A stretch of 63,876 nt of DNA, filler included, from Licmophora abbreviata (lineage: Eukaryota): assembly GCA_900291995.1 (NCBI GenBank). It is 13 parts of 13 records of this genome, joined end to end, with 100 filler letters (N's around TTAATTAATTAA, not from the genome) between each part and the next. Parts side by side here need not be neighbours in the genome. Positions count along the whole stretch, not along the records: positions 38,022 to 47,321 come from OLMU01003388.1; positions 47,422 to 49,735 come from OLMU01003392.1; positions 49,836 to 50,947 come from OLMU01003393.1; positions 51,048 to 53,495 come from OLMU01003394.1; positions 53,596 to 57,152 come from OLMU01003395.1; positions 57,253 to 60,277 come from OLMU01003398.1; 7 more parts are not named here. One strand, given 5' to 3'. Position 1 is the first letter of the stretch. Every line of letters begins with the position of its first letter. The position numbers and the translations under genes are program-made. Below the pieces are notes generated by a model, which was given only the letters and a program-made list of their open reading frames with translations, was not told where the DNA came from and ran no database searches. Below, piece after piece: positions 46,761 through 59,357 of this stretch.

Positions 46761-47421
46761 GGTGGAAGGGTGTGAGCGATGCGAGCGTTCAGACTAGCAG
46801 GAAGCCCTAAAAAGTCCGAAAATAACCTCGAAACTGCAACCAGAGCTAAGGTTTTCGTCACTCTTTCGAAATGACTATCACCGCCATATATAAACATACA
46901 GGAATGAAGTACAGAGATACATACCAGACTTCGCATTCACAGTTTGCTTGCCCCTGGCAGCCTCCGTTTTGACCGTGGCTTGAACGTTTTCTGTACTCTG
47001 ACAGGATCCCATCGGGTAGTTGTATAGGGCGCGCTGCGCAGTCTCTTCGATGCATACAAGGCAGTATGAACTGAGCTCTCTCGACGGAGAAAGTGTGGTA
47101 CGTTTTCACACGAGTAGCCGTCGACAAGAAACGCGAGGAAAGGTGGTTCACATCAGTCGAACTCACTCGGGCTCAACTCGGGAGTGTCTTACCTGAGACT
47201 CTGTAGAAATGTACGTACGCACGTCCTCTACTCTATGACTTGTACTGGCTTGATGAAAGGCGGAGCGAGCTCCACTAAGATATCAGTCCGTCCTGCTGTC
47301 CCATCTACGGTTGTTGTTGTTNNNNNNNNNNNNNNNNNNNNNNNNNNNNNNNNNNNNNNNNNNNNTTAATTAATTAANNNNNNNNNNNNNNNNNNNNNNN
47401 NNNNNNNNNNNNNNNNNNNNN

Positions 47422-50400
47422 AGGCACCCATGGTTCGAAGCACATCTTTTGTCTTCTCTTGCCTTCCAACCTCCGTCGACGTAAAATACTTGTGCGCAAC
47501 ATGCATGACAAAATCTACTAGCAGACCGATCGACATCGTCAGTGCCACGTATGTCACTTCGGAACGGAAAGGAGAGAGGCTCAGGTTAGCGAATAAGACT
47601 AACAAGACAACAATTTCCCAGCAGCCTACTCACCTCCGTCAAGCGAGACACCAGCAAACTGCAAAAGTCCCATAAGATCAACATATAATACAGTGACCAA
47701 CGGGCCAACGAATAGGACGCCTGACCAGTGAGGAATAAAGAATAGTGCCATTGCAGACACAGCGCTGATCCCCAAGATGGCTGTGAGAAACAACTCATCG
47801 TAAATGGAGTCGAGGAACTCCCACGTCAGATAGATTTGCGCGAATGTGAAGAATTTCCAGTAGCCGCCATCTTGGTTGATCGGCTGTTCCCTTGAAACTC
47901 TTCTCTGGCCATTGAAAGCCCCCAACATTTCATCGACGTCCGTCTGGTCAAGCTAAGAAAGTCCACAAGAGACGGCCGTGAGACGACAGAAAGGACATGC
48001 TACAAGATGATTTGCCTTCCAGAGAGGTTACTCACATTGTGCATGCTAACTCTGGTCCGAGACGCCTTCACGTTTCCTTGCGAATCAGATCTGAATTCGC
48101 TTCTGTAGCGCCTGTACTCATCCTCACGAAGGAAACGACTGAGCTGTATCTCGAATGACAAACCATCAAGTCTCTCCTGGTTCGCGGCTGAAAACTCGTT
48201 GAAATCATCCAGCCAGAAATTCACTGGGCGTTCCGTGATATATTCAAGGCTCACAAGGTCATTCACGTAGCTGTCCATCTGAAGTCGCACCATCGGGTCT
48301 GAATGGTTTACACTGCGGAAGTAGATGTAGGGGGAAACAGTTGCGGCTTCGGCGTAGTCGTTGAGCGCGTCAAAAAACGGGATTATATAGGAGTCACGCG
48401 CAAGCATATCAGTGAAGTCGAACTGCAGCCTCAGCTGAGAGGCGCTGAGGGAACAAACGACAAGAAGACCCAGGAAACATAATAGAACCAATCCTTTAAC
48501 CCAGGGTATGAGCAACTTGTCTGCGTACCACGACATCAATCTTGCGGCCGCGTGCGGCTTGGGTTCGCTGCTGCCTTCTTCGTCGTCCCTGTTTTCTGCC
48601 TTCCTGACGGAAAAGCAGACCAGACAGTCTCGTCTCCTGTCCTGGACACGCCGTTCATCAAGGACGACGAGGGCGATAAAGAAAGTGATTTGAAAGACGA
48701 AATCAATGGCAATCATGGGAGCGGCGTAGATACATAGCCATCGGATCGCTGGAAGAGTGGACATGCACCCAAGAGCAAACGCGAATACGCTCGTCGACGT
48801 TGTCATCAAGATGCTCATCCCCACCTCTTCCATTGTATCACGCACGCGATCCACTACGTCCTTCTCAGGCGCAGTCCTCCCATAAGCGTGCATTAAAATG
48901 AAGGCGTCGTCTAACGGTTGATTCAGATGACAGTAGACATTGGTGTGAGCCAGCTGCTTTCGAAATAATGTGCAAGCAAGACAATAAAGTCAAACAATGA
49001 TCGACCACTCCCTCCAACGTACCGAGTCCAATCCCAAACAAGACAAAGGGCAACAGCTACGATAGATAGTTGACACGTAACACGAGTGTAAGGATGGGGA
49101 GCAACAACACTATCAAGGCTCGTGGGTTGCTCCGTGTCCAACGTACCTGGGTCAATGTAGTGAGGGGAACGCCAATCACCCACATTAGCCCGTACCCCGT
49201 CAGGATCGACAAAAGGACACACGAGACCGCACCAAAGCCCAACAGACTTTGTGAATGGACCCAGTCGCACTTGGAGAAGGCGATACACGTGAATACGCAC
49301 ATCATGACGAAAACAATTGGAATGAGAGGTATATCCTTCAAGACGCTTCGATTGATCTCGTCTGGAAAAGACTGCCAGCCCACTACCTCCAAACCATAGT
49401 CATTGTCGGGCTCTTTGCTCCATTGATTGCGGAGTTTGAGAAGATTGTCGATCAACTTGTTCGCGAGTGCTTCCGATCCCGGCCCCCTGTCGATGTCCAA
49501 AATAGTGAGGTACGACTGTCCAGCGACGATCGTGCCGTCCTCGCTAAACTCGGCGTGGCCAATAACATTCTTAACGCTGAACTCCTCATACTCGCCAGGG
49601 AATGCGTTAACAGAGAGCTGTCGCCTAACATCCAGGTCGGACAGGGCGATCTTGTCAAAAACGGTGTAGTTGTTCAACCAAAAGGCGCTAGGACCACCGA
49701 TATTGCAAACCAGCTCAGCATTGTCGCCAAATGGGNNNNNNNNNNNNNNNNNNNNNNNNNNNNNNNNNNNNNNNNNNNNTTAATTAATTAANNNNNNNNN
49801 NNNNNNNNNNNNNNNNNNNNNNNNNNNNNNNNNNNACCACCGATATTGCAAACCAGCTCAGCATTGTCGCCAAATGGGATACCATATATTTGGCATATAA
49901 ACTCATAACCCCGTGGGCAAGATGTGGATTCTCCGTAACGTGAGCAGAATGTGTCGTACTCGGGCAAGTTCTGAACGAAATCAATGACGTCGAAGTTTCG
50001 CCGCTGGCCTTCAAGGGTGACAATGTTATCTCCGCTCTTGTGGACGATGAGGGTAACTTGACTTTTCTTGAAGCCTCTTTTGGCCCTCTTGGCGAGACGC
50101 TCGTCCTCCGCGGCCTGTTCATCAAGTCTACGACGATCGTCGTCGCCGTTTACCCATCCGGTGTCAATCCAGGCTTCGTGTGCCTCCGTGCGACTTCCAA
50201 TGGGCTTCCATAGTACAGTGTCCCGGTTCTCAATGGTGAAGTTGGTATAGTATCCCGCCACTGCAAATCCGAAAGCCAATGCGATGACGCCTACGATATA
50301 CTTCCGCGGGTGTCTGGCGGCATTCAGAGCGAGAGCTATGAGCCCTAGCTTCAAGGGCTTGGAAATGCAGTCTTGAGCGCCGATCCAGCGTTGGGAGAAA

Positions 50401-50808
50401 GTCGGTTTCGCATCTGCGGATGAAATGGGTATGTCGTCTTTGAAGGACGAGAGCGTGTCATCTGTCTCTGAGCCTTCAGAGGAAGATAGGGGCTTTGCAG
50501 CCGCAAGGACGGTTTCCTTGTCGCCTGCTGTGCCAGTGCCATCCCCATGCTGAGCGCTAACGGCCCTGAGATCCCAGCTTCGGTGTCGCTCTGCAGCCAG
50601 AAGACCGGAGCCCTGCTCTACTACTTGGCTTTCTGCAAACGAAAAGAAACGAGCGTTGAGAGACTCTATCGTCTAGAGTAGACCGAGAGAGCAGACTGAT
50701 CGTACTTGGCCACGTACCAGTCGGACTCAAGTTGCATTCAAACTCGAAATCGGAGTCTGAGACAGCCACGGGTGCAAGCTCCGATGCACTGTCGTCGAAG
50801 CTTGCCAT
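47422..50808 (-). CDS. Patched/NPC1-like sterol-sensing-domain RND protein; multi-exon, 3' end lost in a gap
   Basis: PFVLFGIGL|DDAFIL, GMSILMTTSTSVFAF, LPAIRWLC, FQITFF, LDERR and MSIGLLVDF. An intron ending at 50633 links the MASFDD start to ORF 49788..50354. The false gap at 49736-49835 can be closed. Confidence 0.88.
49693..49878 (+). repeat. 43-bp exact duplication on both sides of a gap (contig overlap)
   Basis: ACCACCGATATT...CCAAATGGG occurs at 49693-49735 and 49836-49878. Confidence 0.95.
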
Positions 50809-51434
50809 GGTGTATCGTCCAATATTAGAATGAAGCGTTGAGTCACTTCTATGGGTAGACAATGCTTCGTTCTACCTTGTATCGCGAACCTTGAGAACAC
50901 GACCTGCAATCGCTTGTGAGTTGCTCGGTGCGTTGGGTCGTGCTGGANNNNNNNNNNNNNNNNNNNNNNNNNNNNNNNNNNNNNNNNNNNNTTAATTAAT
51001 TAANNNNNNNNNNNNNNNNNNNNNNNNNNNNNNNNNNNNNNNNNNNNTGCGCAAATCGCGTCATGACGGCCTTTCTCATCATTCCTAGAGCTTGTAGGCT
51101 AAATTCGTATCAACATGTGTGCTGACTCGTGGATAGTCCGTTGGGGAGCTCGCTAGGCTACGATTTGTAACGACTCCCTTTCATAATGTAGCACTCCGTG
51201 TCTCGACTCACTCGACTCTTCAGTCAACTGTCGAACTCTCGCGCTTCGAAAACAATTCAAGAAACGATTGGCATCACCACACTCAACATTCACCTTAACT
51301 GTTAAACAATCATTGCAATGATCCCACACCCGTGCTTTACCTGTATCGTATCATAACAGTACATACTAATAGCTCTACAGAAGAGAAGAGAAGTTCCATG
51401 GCATACAAGCGACCTGGGTACGAGCGAATATCAC

Positions 51435-52643
51435 ATGGCACTCAGCGCAAGAACAATGAAGAATTTGTGGAGCCTTGTTGCTCTAGCTGTTGCTATTGTC
51501 GACGTGCCATTTTTCGTTTTGGGTTTCCAGCCAGGATTCACTCACCGCATCAAAGCTATGGTCATCAATCCAAGTCAGAGGCCAGCACATCAGCGTCATG
51601 GGCTACTCGGGAGTAACAATGGCGACCATGACAACGGAGAAATACTCTTCGACGAAACCGAGCTTGCACGCAGACTCGCAACGTTGAAAAGTTCCAATCA
51701 GCTGGAACAAGAAATTATTGCTTCTGTTGCCGCCAACAGAGGTGGCACAGCCGTTCAAGAACTACCAGTTGTATGTTTTGATGCCCTCTTGCCGAACCAG
51801 CGCCTGTCGGGATCAACGACCGATCCCACGTTTGGAACCTTTCTTACTGAAATGGGCTTGGGAGGACTCTTTGTCATGACCAGTTTGAATTACAAACAAC
51901 GGAAAGTGCGTCGCAATGGCGTTATAGCACGGATTCGGCTGATGGATGCCAAGCAGGGCAGCTCGATTTCTCCAACCGCTGTGGAGTTTGAGATTGTCGG
52001 ATGGAGACCCTGTCGAATCATCGGACCACAATCCAACATGGTGTCCCGTGTCGGCCGATGGCGCCGCTCCTACGACCCTGACGGAGAAGAGGCCATGCTA
52101 GGATGGGGCAATGAGCCTTTTGTGAATTCTACTCTCAAAGTCGAGAGCACTGACGAGACCAGGACCCTAACTGATACGCCACCAATTGAAAAGACCCCGT
52201 CTGAGTGGTCAGCAAATGAAATCGACTGCACGGCAAGCGAAGACGACAACGATAGTGGGACGGATCTTGCCCAACTGAATGCTCGGGTAAAATCGATACA
52301 CCAACTTTTGGACAAATGGCGAGCTTTGGTAGCAGACGAAAGTACATATGACAATCCAGATGTGGTTGTATCAATACGTCGCATCCGAGGACATCCCGGT
52401 CTCGCACTTGACCCCAAGGGTTTACTTCAGAACGTGCTTCGTGACCTCGGAGACCCTCCAGTCGACCCGAGGGAATTTTCTCTATGGGGTGCAGCTCTTA
52501 TCAACCCCTTACCAGCACTTGGAGTTTCGCCAGAAGTTCGTGGACGCATCTTGGAGGCTCCCACCGCTGCAAAACGGCTTGACATATTGGAATGGGGCGT
52601 CCGCCGATCTATTCTCAACTTGGAAGGCAGGGCGCCGTTGTAG
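51435..52643 (+). CDS. Lon-protease N-terminal (PUA-like) domain protein, probably plastid-targeted
   Basis: ELPVVCFDALLPNQRL and FSLWGAALINPLP...RGRILEA...RL. Signal peptide ending LG|F from ATG 51456. Confidence 0.65.
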   Translation: MALSARTMKNLWSLVALAVAIVDVPFFVLGFQPGFTHRIKAMVINPSQRPAHQRHGLLGSNNGDHDNGEILFDETELARRLATLKSSNQLEQEIIASVAANRGGTAVQELPVVCFDALLPNQRLSGSTTDPTFGTFLTEMGLGGLFVMTSLNYKQRKVRRNGVIARIRLMDAKQGSSISPTAVEFEIVGWRPCRIIGPQSNMVSRVGRWRRSYDPDGEEAMLGWGNEPFVNSTLKVESTDETRTLTDTPPIEKTPSEWSANEIDCTASEDDNDSGTDLAQLNARVKSIHQLLDKWRALVADESTYDNPDVVVSIRRIRGHPGLALDPKGLLQNVLRDLGDPPVDPREFSLWGAALINPLPALGVSPEVRGRILEAPTAAKRLDILEWGVRRSILNLEGRAPL

Positions 52644-53193
52644 GTTAACTGTGTTCTGTAATTTAGCCTGTTCGGTAACGGCTGAAGTCATCATTGTTTG
52701 AACATTGTTTGGTTCTGTCGACGATGGATCCTTGAATACATGATGGGCAAACGGCTCTCCAATCGTCGTGAGCACATTGAGCCGATAGAAGCCTTCGTCG
52801 TACAAGAAATCTTCTTGCTTCGATGGAATTCGCCAGGCAGACAACAATTGCACGAAAGGTCAAAGGAGAATAGATAGGGAAACGGGAATGAGCAATTGTG
52901 GATACTGGCGGTATGCGACAATGTACAGGGTCCAGTACTAGATTGGTAAAGCTAGCATAGACGGCTAGCAGGAGAAACGGCGAGAAAATGGGGCAGAAAG
53001 AAAGAGTAAGAATGGCTTGTTCTTGGGACGGCACATGTTGCTCAGTACCTATGGATAGATCAACAGTCCCTGTCACGCCTTATCGAGCTATTTGTGTCCC
53101 CGTTACGGGCTTTTCGATTAGATGACTTCATGGCAATACCGCCCTATTCTCCCATTGGGCGTTAGAGGATTGAAACGGAGGCTACTTTATTAT

Positions 53194-53495
53194 TCAAAAA
53201 GGATGCAGGCGAGTTTCATCACAGGCCCCCGTGCCGTCCCCGGACCTATCTTCAAGACCAACAACAGTAGTGGCAACCAGCTCGTATGCGTTCTGTTTCT
53301 CATCGACAATGATGGACGGGTGACGGTCCTGCCGTAGTTGACGTTGATAGACACCGTACCAGTGAAGAGCAAAGCCTGCTCCCGAACAAATCGCTCCGAA
53401 GAGCATCGTTCGTGAGATCCTTTCGCCGAACATCACGGCAAGTAAAAACACACCGGAAAGGCGTCGTGCTGCCTGAACGACGCTAAAAGTCATGG
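53194..53495 (-). CDS. 3' fragment of a DMT/EamA-like membrane transporter
   Basis: Final two TM helices (RRLSGVFLLAVMFGE...GAICSGAGFALH). The 5' part is lost in the gap. Confidence 0.5.
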
Positions 53496-53993
53496 NNNNN
53501 NNNNNNNNNNNNNNNNNNNNNNNNNNNNNNNNNNNNNNNTTAATTAATTAANNNNNNNNNNNNNNNNNNNNNNNNNNNNNNNNNNNNNNNNNNNNCATCG
53601 CACATCCATCATCTGTGGGATTCGCGACAGCAACCTGCATCTTCAAGACGTCGTCGCTTGGCCAGTGACTGATCGTGACTTTCCATGCGGCGATGAGCTG
53701 AGGCAAACGGGCAACATGAAAGAACAGAGATGGCATAAAGAAGTCTCTAGAGGTACGATCGACATTTAGATAGTGGATGCCTCGTCGGCAGCAAATAAAC
53801 ACCCAGTTTCGTCATCCTCTGTGCATAGAGCATCCGACTCGTACAAGAACGGTCGTCCAACGCCACCACAACTGTCGAAAGCTTGATATACAGTCCTTCT
53901 ACAGCACAACCCTCCATCTATATCTCTCCCGTCATAAACATCCCACATTCGCGTCGAGCTATCGCAAGGACCAGCAACAAGTGCACCGTCTCT

Positions 53994-55002
53994 CTAGAGG
54001 TCGTCGTCTTCTTCCTCCGGAAGAGGCTGGGCAGCAGCCTGGGCGAGTTCTGCTTCGTACTTGGCCTTGGTCTTTTCATCGATGAGAAACTCAGGCGGCT
54101 GGAGCGCGGGAGCCTCAACAAACTGAAGTTGGTTGTCTCCGCTGAGCTTTCGGGCCAACCAGAGGAAGGGCTTTTCAAAGTTGTAGTTGGACTTGGCAGA
54201 GATGTCGTAGTACTGTAGGTTCTTCTTTCGATGGAAGGTGATCTGCTTGGCCTTGACCTTGCGGTCTTTGATCTCTACCTTGTTTCCGCACAGAACAATG
54301 GGGATATTTTCACAGACGCGAGTCAGGTCACGATGCCAGTTGGGAACATTCTTGTATGTGATGCGAGAGGTGACGTCAAACATGATGATGGCGCACTGTC
54401 CCTGGATGTAGTATCCATCGCGGAGGCCTCCAAACTTTTCCTGTCCAGCGGTATCCCAGACGTTGAACTTTAGCTTTCCACGATTGGTGTGGAAGAGCAG
54501 CGGGTGCACCTCGACTCCGAGAGTAGCAACGTACTTCTTCTCGAACTCTCCGGTCAAGTGACGCTTTACAAACGTCGTCTTTCCGACGCCTCCGTCGCCT
54601 ACGAGGATCAACTTGAACTCAGGAATCACTTCCGACTGAATGATTTTGAAGCAATGGAGCAAGACGGGCGATCGTGAGACTCAACAAAGGGAAAGAGGGC
54701 AAGCGAATGGACCCAATGATAGTAATCAAAATGTGTTTCAGATTGGAAACTGCCATTCCAAATCTGGTCGGAGAAACGATTCAAATGCGATTCCCTCAAG
54801 TACTCATAGAGTAAGGTAGAATATACGTGACCACAGGAATCTCAAATACTGGCGGCCATCGTCCACGGCCTCCAATCTTGTGGAAGCTCTGCGTGGATGA
54901 ACGCGGCGTATTTCTCTTCCTCTGTATCCAATCTTTCCCTTCAAGCTCTCTGAAGGATCCATACACACGTTCGGGCTATCAGAGACTCCAAAGACTTACC
55001 AT
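53994..55002 (-). CDS. RAN: GTP-binding nuclear protein Ran; exon 1 coding part is only the ATG (55002-55000), exon 2 is 54635-53994
   Basis: [29 protein letters not shown] and acidic EEEDDDL tail. ATG|GTAAGT...TTCAG|TCG gives MSEVIPEFK. Confidence 0.97.
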
Positions 55003-55522
55003 TGTGCAGTTTGAGGGGGAAAAGCAGCGCAACCAGCGACGAGACGACTGGGCGGAAGATTTGTGGCATCGTGCTGTGGTGGTGCGAGTGACTGTAGAAT
55101 TCTACAGGTTTCGGTATTCACAAACACTCTCGAGCGTTTTTATCTGGAAGTCGTCCGATAATTCCTAAAACTATTTTCAGAGATCTGGAATTCTCACTGG
55201 AAGTGAGCGCTAGAAAGTGCCATACCGCCAAAAACTGACAGGCATCCTTGCGAGTTATTCTCACACACACCACGAGGCGGAGAGAGACGACAGAGCAGAG
55301 GCTATCGACGCCTACGATCCTGGAGACCGTCACGGCCCCCGTTCCATCGTCTATGCTATACCCTTGATCAGTCTGTTGAGACTTTGAGACTTCTGAATTG
55401 CTCACGCAAGCCGTCAAGAGCGAGCAAGTCGTTGAAAAAACTTGAATTTCAAATTTTGAAATTTTAACTCCCTCTCGTTCGTGCCTCGTGCCACATCTGA
55501 TTCGAGAAGAGCATTGCATGCC

Positions 55523-57152
55523 ATGTCGTCAGAGACGACCGAAGTGAAATCGTCCGATGGATCCGGGATGAATCAATCTGAAGGAAAACCTCTTGAAATG
55601 GCGGGAGAGCCGGAAGAAAACATGTCACAGAGCGAGTCGCCCCTGGAGTCATTGGGTGTCATGTCTTTGAACTCGACCGACACTTGCTCAGATAAGACTG
55701 GACCGAAGGCGACCGACCCTGAACAGAAAGAGTCTCTCGATTCCGCATACCTGGAAAGTTCTAGAAATAGAGGCGTTGACCATAGCAGTTTGACAGAAAA
55801 CGAGACTGAGGCGCAAAACGGCGAAGCGGATGTCAGCGACAACACGGATCGAGAAGTCCCTTGCAATGCTGAGAAGCTCGACGGCACTTTGAACGACGAA
55901 ACTGCAGTTTTGAATTCTGGAACTTCTACTGATGATCAAACAAATGTAGCTCTGCCCTCTGTGATTGATCAGACAGAGACATCAAGCGAACTTCGGTCAG
56001 CTCAGCTCAGGACGGAACAGAACCGCGACGAGATCGTCTCGCAGGACGAATCACTAAATCCCACATCTGAATCGCAATCCGGTGCGCGGGAAGATGCTGA
56101 TTCCCAGGCGGCCGTCGCATTGGCTGCGGTTGCAGCAGCCGCAAATGCCTCGCACACATCACCTTCTGCAGCGGCGGAAGCGGCGAGGGCTCTGGCTCCT
56201 GGAATTGTTCCAGAAGCAGCCTTGACCCTTGCTGAGTATGGACAAGTCGAGCTCAGAGTTGTCAATTTAGCGGCCGTGAAGAATCATCTGCGCCGATTTC
56301 AGTGTTCGTCGGCTTTGGTGGAGTCTCTCTACAACGGACAGAACGATCCCATGCTGCAGCATCTTTTGCTCCTTCAGTATTTTCAAACGGAGTCGACACC
56401 GGCACCAGGAACACCTCGATCCTTGTTGACCTCCGAGGCAGGTGCAGAGAAGAGCGCTGGCGATGTTGCGGAGCAAGCAGTCGACCAAAATCTTGCGGCA
56501 CTCGCGGCCGAGAAGGTTGTAGCCATGCTTGATATCGTCGACGGCGCGTATGATTCGATCGCTGCTCTGCTTCCAACGGTCGCCGCAAACGAACTTCTCG
56601 ACGACGAAGATGAAACAGCGAACTCTGATGGTATCGAGGCGCCCTTTTTGTCCCTGACCTTCTTCCGCCGTGTATGTCGACACCCGGTGACGCAACGATA
56701 GGCTTCTTCTTAGCATGCTCCGGAGTCTCATTGGAACCAGAACGGGGGCCAAGTGGTGATGACAGCCAGACGTCTTCGTTGACACAAAAGGCCGACGAGA
56801 GCGTAGCCGACGCTCAGAAATCAGGGGCCGGTGGCAAAGACGTAGCCTCCCCATCGAGGTCATCAGCGTCGTCATCAATGTTCTCGCTGTTTTCGAGCTC
56901 GAAACGTAGTGGGGCGACCAATAAATCTCCGAGAGGAGGGTTCTCCAGTGTTTTCCGAAGCAGACATCGAAACAGCACGAAGGACGAGAAAGATGACAAG
57001 TCATTCGACGTTCGAGATTATGATTTGATGGATGGCGAATATGCCGTGATGATTGAGCGTGAGATGTTGGGTCTGACAGTCGAGAACGTGCTAGAGAGAA
57101 CTGTGGTGAGAACTGTCCTGCCTGGCGGCGCTGCGAAGAAGGCTGGTGCGAA
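55523..57152 (+). CDS. 5' part of a large protein with an acidic N-terminus and a PDZ-like domain (truncated by gap); probable intron 56631-56701
   Basis: Long ORF. The splice D-G|GFFLAC is in frame. MLGLTVE...VVRTVLPGGAAKKAG is a PDZ-type pattern. Confidence 0.65.
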
Positions 57153-57258
57153 NNNNNNNNNNNNNNNNNNNNNNNNNNNNNNNNNNNNNNNNNNNNTTAA
57201 TTAATTAANNNNNNNNNNNNNNNNNNNNNNNNNNNNNNNNNNNNNNNNNNNNTTTCAC

Positions 57259-58665
57259 TCACACACTGCTATCCACCGCCAACACCCGCGCACCTGGTCC
57301 AGGACATGTTTCAAAGCACACACAGTCTAGACCCGTCCTGCTCTCATATTCTTGCTTCAAGTGCTCCATCAGCGCCTCCGCCCGAGCCGGCTTCACCAAG
57401 GTAACCGTACATCCACCAAACCCACCTCCCGTCAACCGAGATCCATACACACCCGGAAAGGACTGCGCCAAGTCCACCAAGACATCCACTTCCTTGCACG
57501 ACACTTCATAGTCATTGCGCATACTGGCATGACTTGCATTCATGAGGTCTCCAACCAGCTTCCAATCGCCATTCATCAAAGCTTGTTTGGTTTGCAGTGT
57601 TCTAGCGTTCTCTGTCACGACATGCTTGGCACGACGGTAAATGAGGGAGTCCTTGTTGTTCTTGTCGTCTGCAAAGGACGATTCCACCATTTCCAATGTG
57701 GCGTCACGTAGAGCGAGAATGCTGTCATTTTGCTGCTTCAAGATTCGAGTCGCCTCTTGACACTGCTTGACACGAGCAGGATATTCGCCACCTCCAATGG
57801 AATGCTGTACATTGGAATTGGCAATCACCAGCGATGGAGTCTCGGTAGTACTGAGTGTCACCAAGTCATAGTCGAGACTGCGACAGTCAATTAAGAGTAG
57901 ACTGCCCTCTGAGGCTGCAGAACTCACAAATTGATCCATAATTCCACAAGGCGAATGGCACCATGTGTTTTCAGCCTTCTGACAACGCAATGCTCGTAGT
58001 TTGGGATACTGATGAATAACTTCTTCGGCGGAGGCAAAGGCATACTGCTGACCCAGAACGCACTCGACAAAGCGTGCCACGGCCACTTCCAGAGATGCAC
58101 TGCTCGATAGACCCGAACCGAGAGGTACATTCCCGCAAATGCAAAAGGACAAGTCTAACGAGTATCTTCCTGTAGTAGGAATGTCACAGAGGTACTGCGC
58201 GACAACACCGACAACATAGTTCGTCCAGTCGTGTGCTGTTGGATCATTCTCGGAAGGAGGCCTCGAATCAGTGCTGATTGTCATGTCTTGGACGTTCTCA
58301 GGAGCGTTGGTGCTGACGAATCGTAGTCTAGCAGTGGTACCGCCGGTTGAGGACTGGTGTTCCGTCTCCTCCGAAAGTACGATCCTCCCCGTGCCATACA
58401 CGACTGTGGAGTATTCAATAGCCAGAGGCAAGACAAAGCCACCCGTATAGTCCGTATGTTCTCCAATGAGATTGACACGACCTGGCGCAATCGTTGCAAA
58501 GCAGCGTGACTCATCGTCATCGCGACTATGAGTGTCTCGAAGGGTTGATTGTGTTTCTGCCAGGAGCTGCTTCTGATAGAGCTGCTTGGCCGTCGAGACG
58601 AGAGCCTGAATGGACGGAGAAAGACTCTGTTTCACGTTGGAAAGCTCAGGAATGGAAGATTCCAT
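57259..58665 (-). CDS. GALK1: Galactokinase (GHMP family)
   Basis: APGRVNLIGEHTDY, VPLGSGLSSSAS, CGIMDQ and GSRLTGGGFGGC. Confidence 0.97.
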   Translation of the reverse strand: MESSIPELSNVKQSLSPSIQALVSTAKQLYQKQLLAETQSTLRDTHSRDDDESRCFATIAPGRVNLIGEHTDYTGGFVLPLAIEYSTVVYGTGRIVLSEETEHQSSTGGTTARLRFVSTNAPENVQDMTISTDSRPPSENDPTAHDWTNYVVGVVAQYLCDIPTTGRYSLDLSFCICGNVPLGSGLSSSASLEVAVARFVECVLGQQYAFASAEEVIHQYPKLRALRCQKAENTWCHSPCGIMDQFVSSAASEGSLLLIDCRSLDYDLVTLSTTETPSLVIANSNVQHSIGGGEYPARVKQCQEATRILKQQNDSILALRDATLEMVESSFADDKNNKDSLIYRRAKHVVTENARTLQTKQALMNGDWKLVGDLMNASHASMRNDYEVSCKEVDVLVDLAQSFPGVYGSRLTGGGFGGCTVTLVKPARAEALMEHLKQEYESRTGLDCVCFETCPGPGARVLAVDSSV

Positions 58666-59357
58666 TCTCAAAAGTTTTGTAAAGCAGTAGCAGCAATGGG
58701 GCGACGAAGGCAGGTGGAACGACAGGAGTCAATCCGACAACAGACACAGAGCAACGCAAGGGAGAGAGGAGGGAGCCCTGCGAGATGAAGGATCATGGTC
58801 GTGGAGCGGTGAATGTGTCGAGAACGGCGGCGTGTTGTGGCGCTTTCCACATCTGACATCGTCCGTTCATCATCAGTCATCAGATGCGACTCGACTCTTG
58901 GTCTATAACCGTAGCCGTCCGTAAAAGTTGCCCCTCCCCGTAAAAACTTTCATGACGTAGAGACCACTAGACTACAATGTACTTTGTCTCAGTATACTCA
59001 TAGACCACCAATTCGTGCACATGGAGCATGCTTGGGGTACCTGGTGTCTGGAGGAAGATGGCCGTGCAAGCAGTGTGCGTTGTGCCCATCTGAGAGGTAC
59101 CAGGTACTGGCATGATACTCTTGTTGACAAATGGTGACGAGACCAAGACAGTTTCTGTGCTTTCTTGTTGGCACCTGTCTACGCCGCACAAGACGAGGTC
59201 GGTCTCATCATACCATTCGCACGGAAAAAGCAACAGCGCTCGTATGACACAAATACAGCAGTAAGGAAAATCAACTCCTTTACAACTGTTTATTGCTTTG
59301 TTACGTAGCTGGTGGGATCAACGCCATAGTCCGAAATGATGTCACCTCTTACTCATC

